Below, in pieces: positions 40,382 through 50,194 of a stretch of DNA of 64,000 nt (position 1 is its first letter; each line of letters starts with the position of its first letter). Below the pieces are notes generated by a model. The model was given only the letters and a program-made list of their open reading frames with translations, was not told the DNA's origin and did no database searches. The stretch covers positions 832,001 through 896,000 of the forward strand of contig CAVPIB010000001.1 in the NCBI GenBank assembly GCA_963704885.1. Reading direction: 5' to 3'. The translations under genes were made by a program, and so were the position numbers. The DNA comes from an uncultured Actinomycetes bacterium (GTDB lineage: Bacteria; Actinomycetota; UBA4738; HRBIN12).

Positions 40382-41515
40382 GTGAGACTCGCGTTAGCGG
40401 AGATCCGGAGGGCCAAGCTGCGATTCGGGCTCCTGACGGGCGCCGTGGCCCTGCTGGTCTTCCTCATCTTCTTCCAGCAGTCGCTTGCGGGCTCGCTGCT
40501 CGGGCAGTTCACGGGTGGGCTCGAGCATCAGTCGGCCACGGTGCTCGTCTACAGCGCGGACGCACGACGGAGCGTCGACGGCAGCCGGTTGCTGCCGCAG
40601 CAGGTGGAAGCCATCTCGGAGGTCGAGGGGGTCGCCGTAGCGGGGCCCATCGGTGAGGGCTCGTTCACCATCGAACTCGAGAACGGCGTCCTGAGTGACA
40701 CCACGGTGTTCGGCTACGACCTGGATGGCCCGGGGTTCCCCACGACGCTGTCGGCCGGACGTCTGCCTCAGACCGATGGAGAGGCGGTCGCGAGCGCCTC
40801 GGACGCCAGTGAGGGTTACGCGATCGGCCAACGCCTTACGGTGGTGCCGGGCGACGCTCTAGTGATGATCGTCGGTCTGGCGAAGGACATGCAGTTCAAC
40901 GTGCAGCCGACCCTGTTCGTCTCCTACCCGACTTACGAGACCTTTGTACGCGCGACCAACCCCGACGCGACCGGCATCCTGCCGAACTTGGTGGGCGTCG
41001 AGCCGGCGTCGGGCGTCGACCCGGCAAGCCTAGCCGCCTCTATCACGCGACAGGTCGAGGGCGTCGAGGCTCTCGATCGCGCGGTCGCCGTAGCGTCGCT
41101 CCCCGGCGTCTCGTCGATCCAACAGTCCTTCGCCATCATCCTCGGCCTTGCCTTCGTGGTGGTGATCTTGCTGACGGGGTTCTTCTTCCTGATCATCACG
41201 GTGCAGAAGATGGCTTCGCTGACGCTCCTCCGTGCGGTCGGGGCGACCGGCGGCTTCCTGATGGGCAACCTCGTGATCCAGGTGCTTCTGGTGATCGCCG
41301 CCGCACTCGTGATCGCCATCCCGTTGACGGTGTTCGCCTTATCGGCCGCGTCGAGTGACGAGTTCGCCGCACAGACCGAGCCGTCGGTCCTGTCGGTCAC
41401 GTCCGTACTTATCGTTGTCCTGGGCGTGTCCGCGTCGGTTGGCGCGATGCGCCGCGTCGCGAAGATCGATCCAGCGGCCGCCACCGCACGCATGGCTGGT
41501 GGGGGGCTCGCATGA
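40382..41515 (+). CDS. ABC transporter permease (FtsX/MacB-like) 1
   Basis: MRLALAEIRRAKLRF, one TM + large extracellular domain + three TMs, LLRAVGA, KIDP; SD AAGGAG. Confidence 0.9.
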   Translation: MRLALAEIRRAKLRFGLLTGAVALLVFLIFFQQSLAGSLLGQFTGGLEHQSATVLVYSADARRSVDGSRLLPQQVEAISEVEGVAVAGPIGEGSFTIELENGVLSDTTVFGYDLDGPGFPTTLSAGRLPQTDGEAVASASDASEGYAIGQRLTVVPGDALVMIVGLAKDMQFNVQPTLFVSYPTYETFVRATNPDATGILPNLVGVEPASGVDPASLAASITRQVEGVEALDRAVAVASLPGVSSIQQSFAIILGLAFVVVILLTGFFFLIITVQKMASLTLLRAVGATGGFLMGNLVIQVLLVIAAALVIAIPLTVFALSAASSDEFAAQTEPSVLSVTSVLIVVLGVSASVGAMRRVAKIDPAAATARMAGGGLA

Positions 41516-42613
41516 AGCTCGCGTGGAGGGAGTTGGTGCGAAGGCCGAGCCGGTTCTTGACGGCCGGGGCGGCGCTCACCCTGATCGTACTGCTTGCTCC
41601 TGGTGCTCGGCGGGATCCTCGACGCCCTCGTGCAGTCCTCGACCGGACTGCTGAAGGCGCAGTCCGCGCCGCTCATCGTGTACAGCGCCGACAGCAAGGG
41701 CTCTATCGACCGTTCGCGGATCGGTGGGGCGGACAAGGTGGCGATCGCTTCGGTGCCCGGTGTTCACGAGGCGACCGGGCTCGGCCTGGCCCTCGTCGCC
41801 GGTCACGTCCCGGGCCGAAGCACCCCAGCCGACGTGGCCGTCTTCGGTTACGAGGCACCCAATCTGAGGGTCACATCCCCACCCATGCCTGGTGAGGGCT
41901 ACGCGGACCGTTCGCTCCAAGACGACGGCGTCTCGATCGGACAGACGATCGATCTCGGGACGGCGCGGATCCCCGTCAAGGTTGTCGGCTGGGTCAGCGG
42001 CACCGACTACAACCTCCAGAGCGGCCTGTGGGTCGACGCCGCCACCTGGCGTCGCACCCTGAACGCGAACATCCCCGATGCGGCGGTCGCGCCCGGCACC
42101 TTCCAGGCGGTGCTGGTCACCCCAGATGAGGGAACGACACCGGAGCAACTCACTTCCGCGATCGAGGTGAGCGTGCCGGGGGTCACCCCGCTGACGATCC
42201 AGGAGGCGATCGCGGCCTTGCCGGGCGTGTCCGAACAGGACAGCGTCTTCAGCTCGATCATCGGGGTCACGTTCGCGGTGGCCGGGATCGTCACCGCGTT
42301 GTTCTTCGCGCTCCTCACGATCGAGCGCGTCGGCCTGCTCGGCATGATGAAGGCGATCGGTGCCTCCTCGCGGATCCTCATGGCCGGGCTCACGCTCCAA
42401 GCGATGTCGATCGCAGCCGGCGCCCTGATAGCGGGCAGCCTGATCGCGCTCGGCCTATCGAAGGTGATCCCCGATACCGTCCCGCTGACGTTGTCCGTGG
42501 GCCGCTTCGTGTTCACGGCCGTCGGGCTCGTCGTCACCGCGCTGATAGGCAGCGCGATCTCGTTCCGCAGGATCGTCCGGATCGACCCTGCCTCCGCCGT
42601 AGGCGGGGCTTGA
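41512..42613 (+). CDS. ABC transporter permease (FtsX/MacB-like) 2, apparent +1 frameshift near 41594
   Basis: MKLAWRELVRRPSRF...LIVL continues one frame over as LLVLGGILDAL; MKAIGAS, RIDP. Confidence 0.85.
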
Positions 42614-42628
42614 GGAGAGGATCACCTG

Positions 42629-43300
42629 ATGACAGCTCTCGATATGAAGCAAGTCCGCAAGATCTACAACTCCGGAGACGACGAGGTCGTGGCGCTGGAC
42701 CATGCCAGCTTCACGGTCGGCGACGGCGAGATGGTGGCCCTCGTGGGGCCTTCGGGTTCGGGCAAGACCACACTCCTCTCGATCGCCGGGGGTCTTCTGT
42801 CGCCGAGCGAGGGCATCGTTCAGGTGGGGCCGCATCGGATCACCGACTACGACCGGCGCGAGCTCACGAGGTTCCGCCGCGACTCCGTCGGCTTCGTGTT
42901 CCAGGGGGCGAACCTAGTGCCGTTCCTTACCGCGAGGGAGAACCTGCTCGTGGTGGCCGACGTGGCGGGTCGCCGCGGAAAGGAAGTGGAGCGCCGTGCC
43001 GAAACGCTCCTAGGGGAGCTCGGGCTCGGCCACCGGATGAAGAACACTCCACCCCAGCTCTCGGGCGGCGAGCGTCAGCGCGTGGCGATCGGGCGGGCGT
43101 TGATGAACGAGCCCGAGCTGGTGCTGTTCGACGAGCCGACGAGCGCCCTCGATACCGAGCTTGGCGAACAGGTGATGGAGCTGATCCGCAGCGAGGTGAA
43201 GGGTCGCGGCACGGCGGCGGTCGTGGTCACGCACGACACGCGGATGACCCCTTTCGCGGACAGGACGGTCGAGATCCTCGACGGCCGACTCGTCGCCTAG
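42629..43300 (+). CDS. ABC transporter ATP-binding protein (LolD/MacB type)
   Basis: GPSGSGKT, LSGGERQRVAIGRAL, DEPTSALD, VTHD. Confidence 0.95.
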   Translation: MTALDMKQVRKIYNSGDDEVVALDHASFTVGDGEMVALVGPSGSGKTTLLSIAGGLLSPSEGIVQVGPHRITDYDRRELTRFRRDSVGFVFQGANLVPFLTARENLLVVADVAGRRGKEVERRAETLLGELGLGHRMKNTPPQLSGGERQRVAIGRALMNEPELVLFDEPTSALDTELGEQVMELIRSEVKGRGTAAVVVTHDTRMTPFADRTVEILDGRLVA

Positions 43301-43344
43301 ATCTTGGCTATGGCGACGCACGATCTCTCTGCCGGGGACCGACC

Positions 43345-44262
43345 GTGAGGCATCCGAACACGGTGGTTGTTGGCGCCAGCGGGTACATCGGCGGCCGGCT
43401 CGTCGATTCCCTCGTCGCCTCTGGAGCGCCCCCGCGTGTCGCCGGGCGCCGGTTGGATGTGCTCACCAAGCGCTGGCCTCTGGCCCATGCTGTCGAGCTC
43501 GACGTCTTGCGGCCCGAAACGATCGAACCCGCGATCAGAGGAGCGGACGTCGTCTACTACTTGGTGCACTCGATGGCCGAGGGTGAGGCCGGATTCGAGG
43601 AGAGGGACCGCACCGCGGCGTCCAGCTTCGCCATCGCCGCGAAGACAGCCGGCGTAGATCGCGTGGTCTACCTCGGAGGACTTGGATCTCAAGCTGACCA
43701 GCTCTCAGCGCATCTCGCGAGCCGTCACGAGACGGGTCGGACCCTCTCCGATCACGGTGCCACAGTCCTCGAGTTTCGAGCTGGGATGGTGATCGGCGCG
43801 GGGAGCGCCTCCTTCCGCATGCTCATGGATCTGGTCAAGCGCCTGCCCGTGATGGTGACGCCGCGGTGGGTTGAGACCAGATCTCAGCCGATCGCGATCG
43901 ATGACGTCGTGAGCTACCTGGAGCAAGCTCGGAGGCTCGACCTGATCGAGCAGCACACGATCGTGGAGATCGGAGGATCCGAGGTGCTTTCGTACCGGGA
44001 GATGATGCGGCGAGCAGCGGCCTTACGGGGCCGGCACCCAGCGATCATCACGGTCCCGGTCCTAACCCCTCGACTCTCTTCGCTCTGGTGCGGTCTGGTC
44101 ACATCGGTCCCGAGCTCGATCGCACGGCCGCTCATCGACGGGCTGCGGAACGAGACCGTCGTCCGTGATGATTCCGCGACTCGGCTGTTCCCCGATGTCC
44201 AACCGATGGGGTTCGATGACGCGGTGGCGGAGGCCATCCGCGAGGACGCGAAGGCGTCGTGA
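43345..44262 (+). CDS. NAD(P)-binding atypical SDR (YbjT-like N-terminal domain)
   Basis: GASGYIGG, YYLVHSM, SAHLASRHE, GSASF, QPIAIDDV, IARPLIDGL. Confidence 0.85.
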   Translation: MRHPNTVVVGASGYIGGRLVDSLVASGAPPRVAGRRLDVLTKRWPLAHAVELDVLRPETIEPAIRGADVVYYLVHSMAEGEAGFEERDRTAASSFAIAAKTAGVDRVVYLGGLGSQADQLSAHLASRHETGRTLSDHGATVLEFRAGMVIGAGSASFRMLMDLVKRLPVMVTPRWVETRSQPIAIDDVVSYLEQARRLDLIEQHTIVEIGGSEVLSYREMMRRAAALRGRHPAIITVPVLTPRLSSLWCGLVTSVPSSIARPLIDGLRNETVVRDDSATRLFPDVQPMGFDDAVAEAIREDAKAS

Positions 44263-44312
44263 CCCGATCTTCACCGCGAAAAGCCCGCGGACAGACCAGG
44301 ACGTCTTACGCG

Positions 44313-45545
44313 TTACCGGTTATCCGCCGCCGATACCGTGGATCGATGGCTGAAAGAGGCTCGGTCCGCTGGGCGCTCGAGGACGATCTGGCTCACGTCG
44401 ACACGGCCCATGCGGAATCCACCCTCGCAATATGAGAGGTAGTACTGCCACATCCGCCGGAATCGTTCGTCGAACCCGAGTTCGGCGATCTGGGGCCAGG
44501 CCTCGTCGAACCGGTGTCGCCAGGCGGCGAGCGTTCTCGCGTAGGACCAGCCGAATCTGGCGGCGCCGACCCATCCGAGCTCGACGGCTCGCGCCGACTG
44601 CTTGAGGATCCGCGGACTGGGTACCTGGCTTCCCGGGAATACGTAGCGGCGCACGAAGTCGGGGTTCGCATCCGACGATCCCCAGTGCCGATCGGCGACG
44701 GTGATGATCTGCAGGCCGGCCTTGCCCCCCGGCTCGAGGCGGTCGTGCACGACTCGGAAGAATCCGGGCCAGCGCGCTGAAGGGATCGACTCGATCATCT
44801 CGATCGACACGACCGCGTCGAACGACCCGGGAGTGACGAGGAAGTCTTCCAGGCGAACTTCGACCCGGTCGCTGAGACCGCGCTCGGCGATCAGCCGCTC
44901 GACCCACGCCGCCTGCTCCCTCGAAACCGTGACCGTGGTGACGTGGCAACCTAGTGCCTCTGCGGCGTAGACGGAGAACCCTCCCCAGCCAGAACCGATC
45001 TCGAGTACGCGCATCCCGGGCCGAAGACCGATGGCCTCGGCGATCCTTCGATACTTCTCGGCCTGCGCTTCTTCGAGCGTCATGTCGTCGCGAGCGAACA
45101 ACGCCGATGAATAGGTCATGGTCTCGTCGAGCCACGTCGCGAAGAACGCATTGCCGAGGTCGTAATGCTCGACGGTGGCGCTCAGCGGACCTCGCGGTGA
45201 GGTCGCACGACCTAGCGAGCGCCACACGGCCTTCGTCGCGCGATCGAATAACGCCGCCAGCCGGGGACGGTTCCCGGGTTCGAGGTGCAACGCGCCCAGC
45301 TCGATAACCGACGTGAGATCCGGCGAGTCGAACTCTCCCTCGATCCACCCGTCCGCGAGTCCGATGGCCCCGGTCCGAACCAGGCGACCGATGAGGCGGG
45401 GATCGTGAAGGTGGATCTCGGCGCGCGGCCCTGGCAGGGAGCCTTCGAAGCGGCGAGTCGTCCCGTCGGGCAACCGAACGGTCAGACTCCCGCGGCGAGT
45501 TCGGCGGCAGATGATCTCCAGGATCCTCTGATCGACGGTCCTCAT
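44313..45545 (-). CDS. cfa: Cyclopropane-fatty-acyl-phospholipid synthase family methyltransferase (UfaM-like)
   Basis: HYDLGNAFF, MTYSSA, LEIGSGWG, VSIEMIE, RRYVFPG, RMWQYYLSYCEGGF; ATGA overlap with DUF1365. Confidence 0.9.
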   Translation of the reverse strand: MRTVDQRILEIICRRTRRGSLTVRLPDGTTRRFEGSLPGPRAEIHLHDPRLIGRLVRTGAIGLADGWIEGEFDSPDLTSVIELGALHLEPGNRPRLAALFDRATKAVWRSLGRATSPRGPLSATVEHYDLGNAFFATWLDETMTYSSALFARDDMTLEEAQAEKYRRIAEAIGLRPGMRVLEIGSGWGGFSVYAAEALGCHVTTVTVSREQAAWVERLIAERGLSDRVEVRLEDFLVTPGSFDAVVSIEMIESIPSARWPGFFRVVHDRLEPGGKAGLQIITVADRHWGSSDANPDFVRRYVFPGSQVPSPRILKQSARAVELGWVGAARFGWSYARTLAAWRHRFDEAWPQIAELGFDERFRRMWQYYLSYCEGGFRMGRVDVSQIVLERPADRASFSHRSTVSAADNR

Positions 45546-46333
45546 CTGATGTGCAGCGTCTCGCGCGCGGGTTCGACCGACACGAGCCGGTCCGGCGCGG
45601 GCCCGTGCCGGCGGAACGGTGCTCCCTTCAACCACAGCCGTAACGCCTCCCAGTGGATCCCTCCGAGGACCTTCAACGTCATCATCGGATGGATCGAGAA
45701 CTCGCGCCACAGGCCCCCAGCGGTCAGCTCTTTGCGCCGGGCGACGAAGGTCGCGGTGAGCAGGTGTCCGGACGGGAGGTGCTCGCGGACGAGGAGGGCC
45801 GCCCGATCGTCCGGCGGTCGCATCCGGAACTCATAGGTCGCATCCATGTCGATGAATGGAGAAACGAAGAGCTCCTTGTCGAAGTCGTGTCGGGCGTTCC
45901 CGGCGGGGTCGAGGCCATCCACCGGAAGGAGATGATGGTGCCACTGCCCGAAGGTGTTGGAGATCTCGTACAAGACCGCTCGTAGGTCGCCCCGCGGCCC
46001 GTATCCGCACCATACCGAGACGGGGTTGAACACGTATCCGAAGATCCTTGGCAGTGTGAGGATCCGCACCGGCCCTCCGTCCAGGTGGATGCCGGCCTCT
46101 TCGAGCTGTCCGTCCAGCCAGGGACGGAGCGGCGTTCCATCGCGCGGCCCGTGGTCACGGTCGTGGAACGAGAAGGGCGCCGCCCGGTTGTGGCCGAACG
46201 CCGGGATCGTCTGATCGAGGGTCTCGAGCTCATCGAGATCGAGCCAGAGGTAATAGACGCCGTACGAGAAGCGGTGCTTCACGGGTGAGAAGCGCCTATG
46301 CATGACCCTTCCCGAGTAGATGGCGCTGTTCAC
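45542..46333 (-). CDS. DUF1365 protein (UfaO-like)
   Basis: IYSGRVMHRR, FGYVFNPVS, YEISNTFG, KELFVSPF, GIHWEALRLWLKG. Confidence 0.9.
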   Translation of the reverse strand: MNSAIYSGRVMHRRFSPVKHRFSYGVYYLWLDLDELETLDQTIPAFGHNRAAPFSFHDRDHGPRDGTPLRPWLDGQLEEAGIHLDGGPVRILTLPRIFGYVFNPVSVWCGYGPRGDLRAVLYEISNTFGQWHHHLLPVDGLDPAGNARHDFDKELFVSPFIDMDATYEFRMRPPDDRAALLVREHLPSGHLLTATFVARRKELTAGGLWREFSIHPMMTLKVLGGIHWEALRLWLKGAPFRRHGPAPDRLVSVEPARETLHIR

Positions 46334-47628
46334 GCGGCCCGCCCTTCGATCAGCGAAGGCATGGGCTCGACGCCCCATCGCGCCGGTGTGCCCAACGCGG
46401 CCGCGACCTCCAGCCCGGCTCTCAGCCCATCCTCATGGAACCCGTAGCCGCACCATGCACCGGCGAACCAGGTGCGATGGAGTCCCTGGATCGAAGGCAT
46501 CGCCTCCTGTGCGTCGATCGCCGCGCGGTCGAACTGCGGATGTGCATAGGCGAACCGGGTGGACGACCCTGTTGGTTCCCGAAGCGGATTCAGAGTCACG
46601 AAGACCGGCCGCTGGGTCTGGAGCCCCTGCAATCTGTTCATCCAATAGGTCAGCGATACGGGTCGCGTTCGATCCGGCGTTGCGCGCCCGTCCGCCAGGT
46701 AGTTCCAGCTTGACCAGGCCGCGCGACGCTGCGGCATGAGGGTGGGATCGCGATGCAGGACCGCCTCGTTCATCGCGAACCCGAAGGCGGAGAGTAAGCC
46801 GCGCTCAGACGGTGTGGCGCTCGCGCCGAGGATCGACAGAGTCGTGTCGGCGTGCGTCGCGAAGATCACGCGATCGAACCTATCAACCCCGCCGTGCAGA
46901 TCGCGCACCAGTACCCCATCCGATCCACGTTCCACGGCCACCACGGGCGTCGAAAGGCGTGCCCGATCTCTGAAGCCCGCCGTCAGCCTGGAGACATACT
47001 CTCGGCTCCCGCCAGAAACGGTTCGCCACTGCGGCCTCGAGCTCACCTGGAGCATCGCGTGGCTGGAGAGGAACCGAACGAGTGTCGCGACCGGGAACTC
47101 GAGCATGCCATCGCGTCCCGTCGACCAGATCGCGGCCGTCATCGGGAGCAACAGATCGAGCCGGAACCCATCTGAGTAGCCGCGGCGGGCTAGATAGGAG
47201 CCGAGGGACTCTCGCGTACCAGACGTCAGGATCTCCGGCGCTTCGCGGCAGAACCGGCGGAAGTCACGCAGCATCCTCCACATCCCGGGCCGCGCGATGT
47301 TCGCCGGTTGCGCGAACAGGCTGGCTCCTCGGCTGCCGAACTCGAACCCCCCGTCACCGACGGAGACGGAGAAGGACATGTCGCTCGGCTCGGTCGGTAC
47401 ACCGAGCGCGTCGAAGAGACGAACGAGGTTCGGGTAGTTCGTCTCGTTGTACACGATGAACCCGGTGTCCACCGGGACCGCACGGCCGTCGTCTTCAACA
47501 TCGACGGTATTGGCATGACCGCCGAGCCTTCCTTCTGCCTCGTACACGACGACGTCGTGCTCGCGGTGGAGGGCCCACGCCGCGCCCATTCCCGCGATCC
47601 CACTCCCGATGACCGCGATCCTTTCCAT
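46330..47628 (-). CDS. FAD-dependent oxidoreductase, amine-oxidase family (UfaD-like desaturase)
   Basis: IGSGIAG, RLGGHANT, VDTGFIVYN, AIWS, AWSSWNY, LTYWMNRLQ, GYGFHEDG. Confidence 0.9.
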   Translation of the reverse strand: MERIAVIGSGIAGMGAAWALHREHDVVVYEAEGRLGGHANTVDVEDDGRAVPVDTGFIVYNETNYPNLVRLFDALGVPTEPSDMSFSVSVGDGGFEFGSRGASLFAQPANIARPGMWRMLRDFRRFCREAPEILTSGTRESLGSYLARRGYSDGFRLDLLLPMTAAIWSTGRDGMLEFPVATLVRFLSSHAMLQVSSRPQWRTVSGGSREYVSRLTAGFRDRARLSTPVVAVERGSDGVLVRDLHGGVDRFDRVIFATHADTTLSILGASATPSERGLLSAFGFAMNEAVLHRDPTLMPQRRAAWSSWNYLADGRATPDRTRPVSLTYWMNRLQGLQTQRPVFVTLNPLREPTGSSTRFAYAHPQFDRAAIDAQEAMPSIQGLHRTWFAGAWCGYGFHEDGLRAGLEVAAALGTPARWGVEPMPSLIEGRAA

Positions 47629-47650
47629 GGACCGACCCTAACGGACACCA

Positions 47651-47690
47651 AAGGTATTGCATGGGTTCCAGGGGTGAAACGCATAGGTTC
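47651..47690 (-). promoter_or_regulatory. Promoter of the oxidoreductase-DUF1365-cfa operon with two operator copies 22 bp apart
   Basis: TGCATGGGTTC 47658 and CGCATAGGTTC 47680; minus-strand TTTCAC-17nt-TACCTT. Confidence 0.65.
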
Positions 47691-47695
47691 ATCAC

Positions 47696-48718
47696 CTAGA
47701 GACCGGACGGCTCCTCGGCCTCGCCGGTCAGTCGCACGCACGCCTCCCAAAGGCGTTCGGCTTCGCTCGGCGTGACCTTCGTGCCCGGCAGATACTCGGT
47801 GGAACGCGGTCGGCGATCGAGCCAGAAACGCCCCGTCGTGCGCATCCCAGCCTCTGACGCCGCGAGCCAGACGATCGTATCGGCCCCCTCGTCCGCCGTA
47901 CGAAGACGGGCGCCCGCGATCCGCCTGAAGCGAGGAAGGCTCGACTCGATCCCGGGGGTGTCGGCCCACCCGGGATGCATGGCGTGAGCCACGATCCCTC
48001 GGTCCCTCAAGCGGCGGGCCCAAAGTTCGGTCAACACGACCAGGGCCCTCTTGGCCCGAGCGTAGGCGATCGATCCTCGGTACTGCTCCTTCTCCATCTG
48101 CAGGTCATCGAGGTGCAGGCCTTGCGTATACATCCCTCCCGACGCGATGTTGATCACCCGAGCCCTGCCGTCGATCGAGGCTGTTCGCTCGAGCAGCGGG
48201 ACCAGGCCGTTCGTCAGCACGAAGGGGCCGAGCGCCATAGTGGCGAACGTCATCTCGAATCCGTCGACCGATGAGCGCCGCTGCGGCAGCAGGGCGCCGG
48301 CGTTGTTGACCAACACGTCGAGCCTCGCTTCACGCTCGATGATCTGTGCGACCGCTGCTCGAACCGAGGCGAGGTCGCTCATGTCGGCCGTGTACAGACC
48401 CACGTCCGCGCCCGGCGCCCCTTTGAGGATCTGGTCTCGCGCCCCGGCCCCCTTCGTCGCATCCCGGATCAGGAGTCGCACGGCGCTCCCCATCCGGGCG
48501 AGTTGCTGCCCGGTCGCGAGACCGAGGCCGGATGTGGCGCCGGTCACCAGCACGACTCGCCCATCCATCCGCAGCTCGCTCAGGTCCTGCCAATCGAACA
48601 ACCGTTTGCGGATCATCGGACCGATATCGGTGAAGCTGAGGACCACGGTTGCCTCCAGCGCGCCGTCGATGAGAACCTTGAGGCGATGCGCGGGGGCGTC
48701 GGGGGATCCGAGATGCAT
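47696..48718 (-). CDS. SDR oxidoreductase (DHRS12/retinol dehydrogenase-like)
   Basis: TGATSGLG, NNAG, SGGMY, YARAKRA, MHPGWADTPG; ATG 48718 lies 8 nt after TAGCGT. Confidence 0.88.
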   Translation of the reverse strand: MHLGSPDAPAHRLKVLIDGALEATVVLSFTDIGPMIRKRLFDWQDLSELRMDGRVVLVTGATSGLGLATGQQLARMGSAVRLLIRDATKGAGARDQILKGAPGADVGLYTADMSDLASVRAAVAQIIEREARLDVLVNNAGALLPQRRSSVDGFEMTFATMALGPFVLTNGLVPLLERTASIDGRARVINIASGGMYTQGLHLDDLQMEKEQYRGSIAYARAKRALVVLTELWARRLRDRGIVAHAMHPGWADTPGIESSLPRFRRIAGARLRTADEGADTIVWLAASEAGMRTTGRFWLDRRPRSTEYLPGTKVTPSEAERLWEACVRLTGEAEEPSGL

Positions 48719-48798
48719 GGATCCCGACGCTAGCAGGCGGAGGCGGACGAGCCGCAGACGAAACCTCTCCATCGAGGATGTTCACCGGAGGAGCGGAC

Positions 48799-49239
48799 AT
48801 GGTCGTGATCCGAGAAGAGCTAGAGGTCGATGAACAGCTCGAGGACGCATTCGCGTTCGTCGGCGATTTCGCGAACTCGGTGATCTGGGACCCGGGGGTG
48901 GCGGAGTCCCGCAACGTCACTGGGGGCCCCGTACGGGTAGGAACCAGCTACGACCTTACGGTCGTGTTCGGGGAACGGCGCTTGCCGATGACGTATGAGG
49001 TCACGGTCTTCGATCCACCCAACCGCGTGGTTCTTCGCGGCACAGGCGCGACGGTGAACGCCGTGGACGACATCCGGTTCGAGCCTACGGACCGGGGAAC
49101 GCGGATCCGCTACATGGCCGATCTACGTTTGAAGGGCCTCCTGCGCGTGGTCGAGCCTTTGATGCGCCGCCGTTTCGAGGACACTGGCCGAACAGCGATG
49201 GCAGGGATGAAGCGAGCCTTCGAGACTCGGACCGGATAG
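48799..49239 (+). CDS. SRPBCC/polyketide cyclase-like protein
   Basis: AFAFVGDFANSVIWDPGV, AVDDIRF, YMADLRL; SD GGAGGAG. Confidence 0.85.
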   Translation: MVVIREELEVDEQLEDAFAFVGDFANSVIWDPGVAESRNVTGGPVRVGTSYDLTVVFGERRLPMTYEVTVFDPPNRVVLRGTGATVNAVDDIRFEPTDRGTRIRYMADLRLKGLLRVVEPLMRRRFEDTGRTAMAGMKRAFETRTG

Positions 49240-49290
49240 CCTCCCTGCAGGGACGCGGCCACTCAAGTTCGAAGAATCGCCGGACCTTCT

Positions 49291-49408
49291 GAATCCATGC
49301 AAGACGATGGGACACGAGCCATTCGCGCATAGATTCACCGCGCGTTCTTCGATCGCTATCGCTCTGTGACCTGGGGGTGAATCACCTCACTTCGCTCTAA
49401 CCTATGCA
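49291..49408. promoter_or_regulatory. Three more operator-like copies upstream of DUF4397
   Basis: GAATCCATGCA 49291 (rc TGCATGGATTC), CGCATAGATTC 49326, TAACCTATGCA 49398 (rc TGCATAGGTTA). Confidence 0.6.
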
Positions 49409-49493
49409 AATACATGCCAAGCATGGACGCTTCCGCATCGGATCAGCCAGTATCTTCCCCAGCGGACGGAAGGTCCGGATGGAGGAGGAGAAG

Positions 49494-50171
49494 ATGAGGA
49501 AGAAGCTGATCGGAGTCGCGGTAGCTGGGGCTCTCGCGATGACCGTGATAGGCACTGGTGTGTCCAGCGCTCGGGCTGAAGGTGCCACCCTGAACGTCGT
49601 GCACGGCATCCCCGGCCTGACGGTGGACGTTTGCGTGGACGGTGCCACGGCTATCCCGGACTTCGCGCCCGGCACTGTCGTCACGGGTGTCGAACTGCCG
49701 GCAGGCTCGCATGAGTTCAAGGTGGTGGCCCAAGACGGTGATTGTGCCGACGCGGGGATCCTCGTGGTCACTGCTGGTCTGAAGGCCGGCAAGGATTACA
49801 CGGCCGTGGCGAACCTCAACGCGAGTGGCGACCCTAACCTAGAGCTGTTCAAGAACAAGGTGAAGCCGGTCGCGAAGGGCACCTCTCGGCTCACCGTTCG
49901 TCACACTGCGAACGCCCCGGCAGTCAACGTCTGGGCGAACGGATCCCGCCTTATCCGTGGTAACGACTTCACCTGGGGAAAGAGCGCGACGGTCGCGGTG
50001 CCCAAGGGCATCTACGCCGCGTGGGTTTCCCTCCCCGGTGATTACACGCCCGTGATCGGGCCCGCGGTGCTCAAGCTCAAGGCCGGATTCGCCTACCAGG
50101 TGTACGCCTGGGGCGACGCCACCAGCGGCTTCGAACTCGCGGTCGTTGCGACCAAGGTCGGCACCAAGTAA
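49494..50171 (+). CDS. Secreted DUF4397 domain protein
   Basis: Signal peptide, VVHGIPGLTVDVCVDG, LTVRHTANAPAVNV; strong SD. Confidence 0.85.
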   Translation: MRKKLIGVAVAGALAMTVIGTGVSSARAEGATLNVVHGIPGLTVDVCVDGATAIPDFAPGTVVTGVELPAGSHEFKVVAQDGDCADAGILVVTAGLKAGKDYTAVANLNASGDPNLELFKNKVKPVAKGTSRLTVRHTANAPAVNVWANGSRLIRGNDFTWGKSATVAVPKGIYAAWVSLPGDYTPVIGPAVLKLKAGFAYQVYAWGDATSGFELAVVATKVGTK

Positions 50172-50194
50172 GCCCCTCCCCAGCCGATCTTTGT

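Noticed and set aside
42610-43344. 550-aa ORF suggesting an extended SDR
   Set aside because: The first 245 codons are an off-frame overlap with the ABC ATPase; the real start is GTG 43345.
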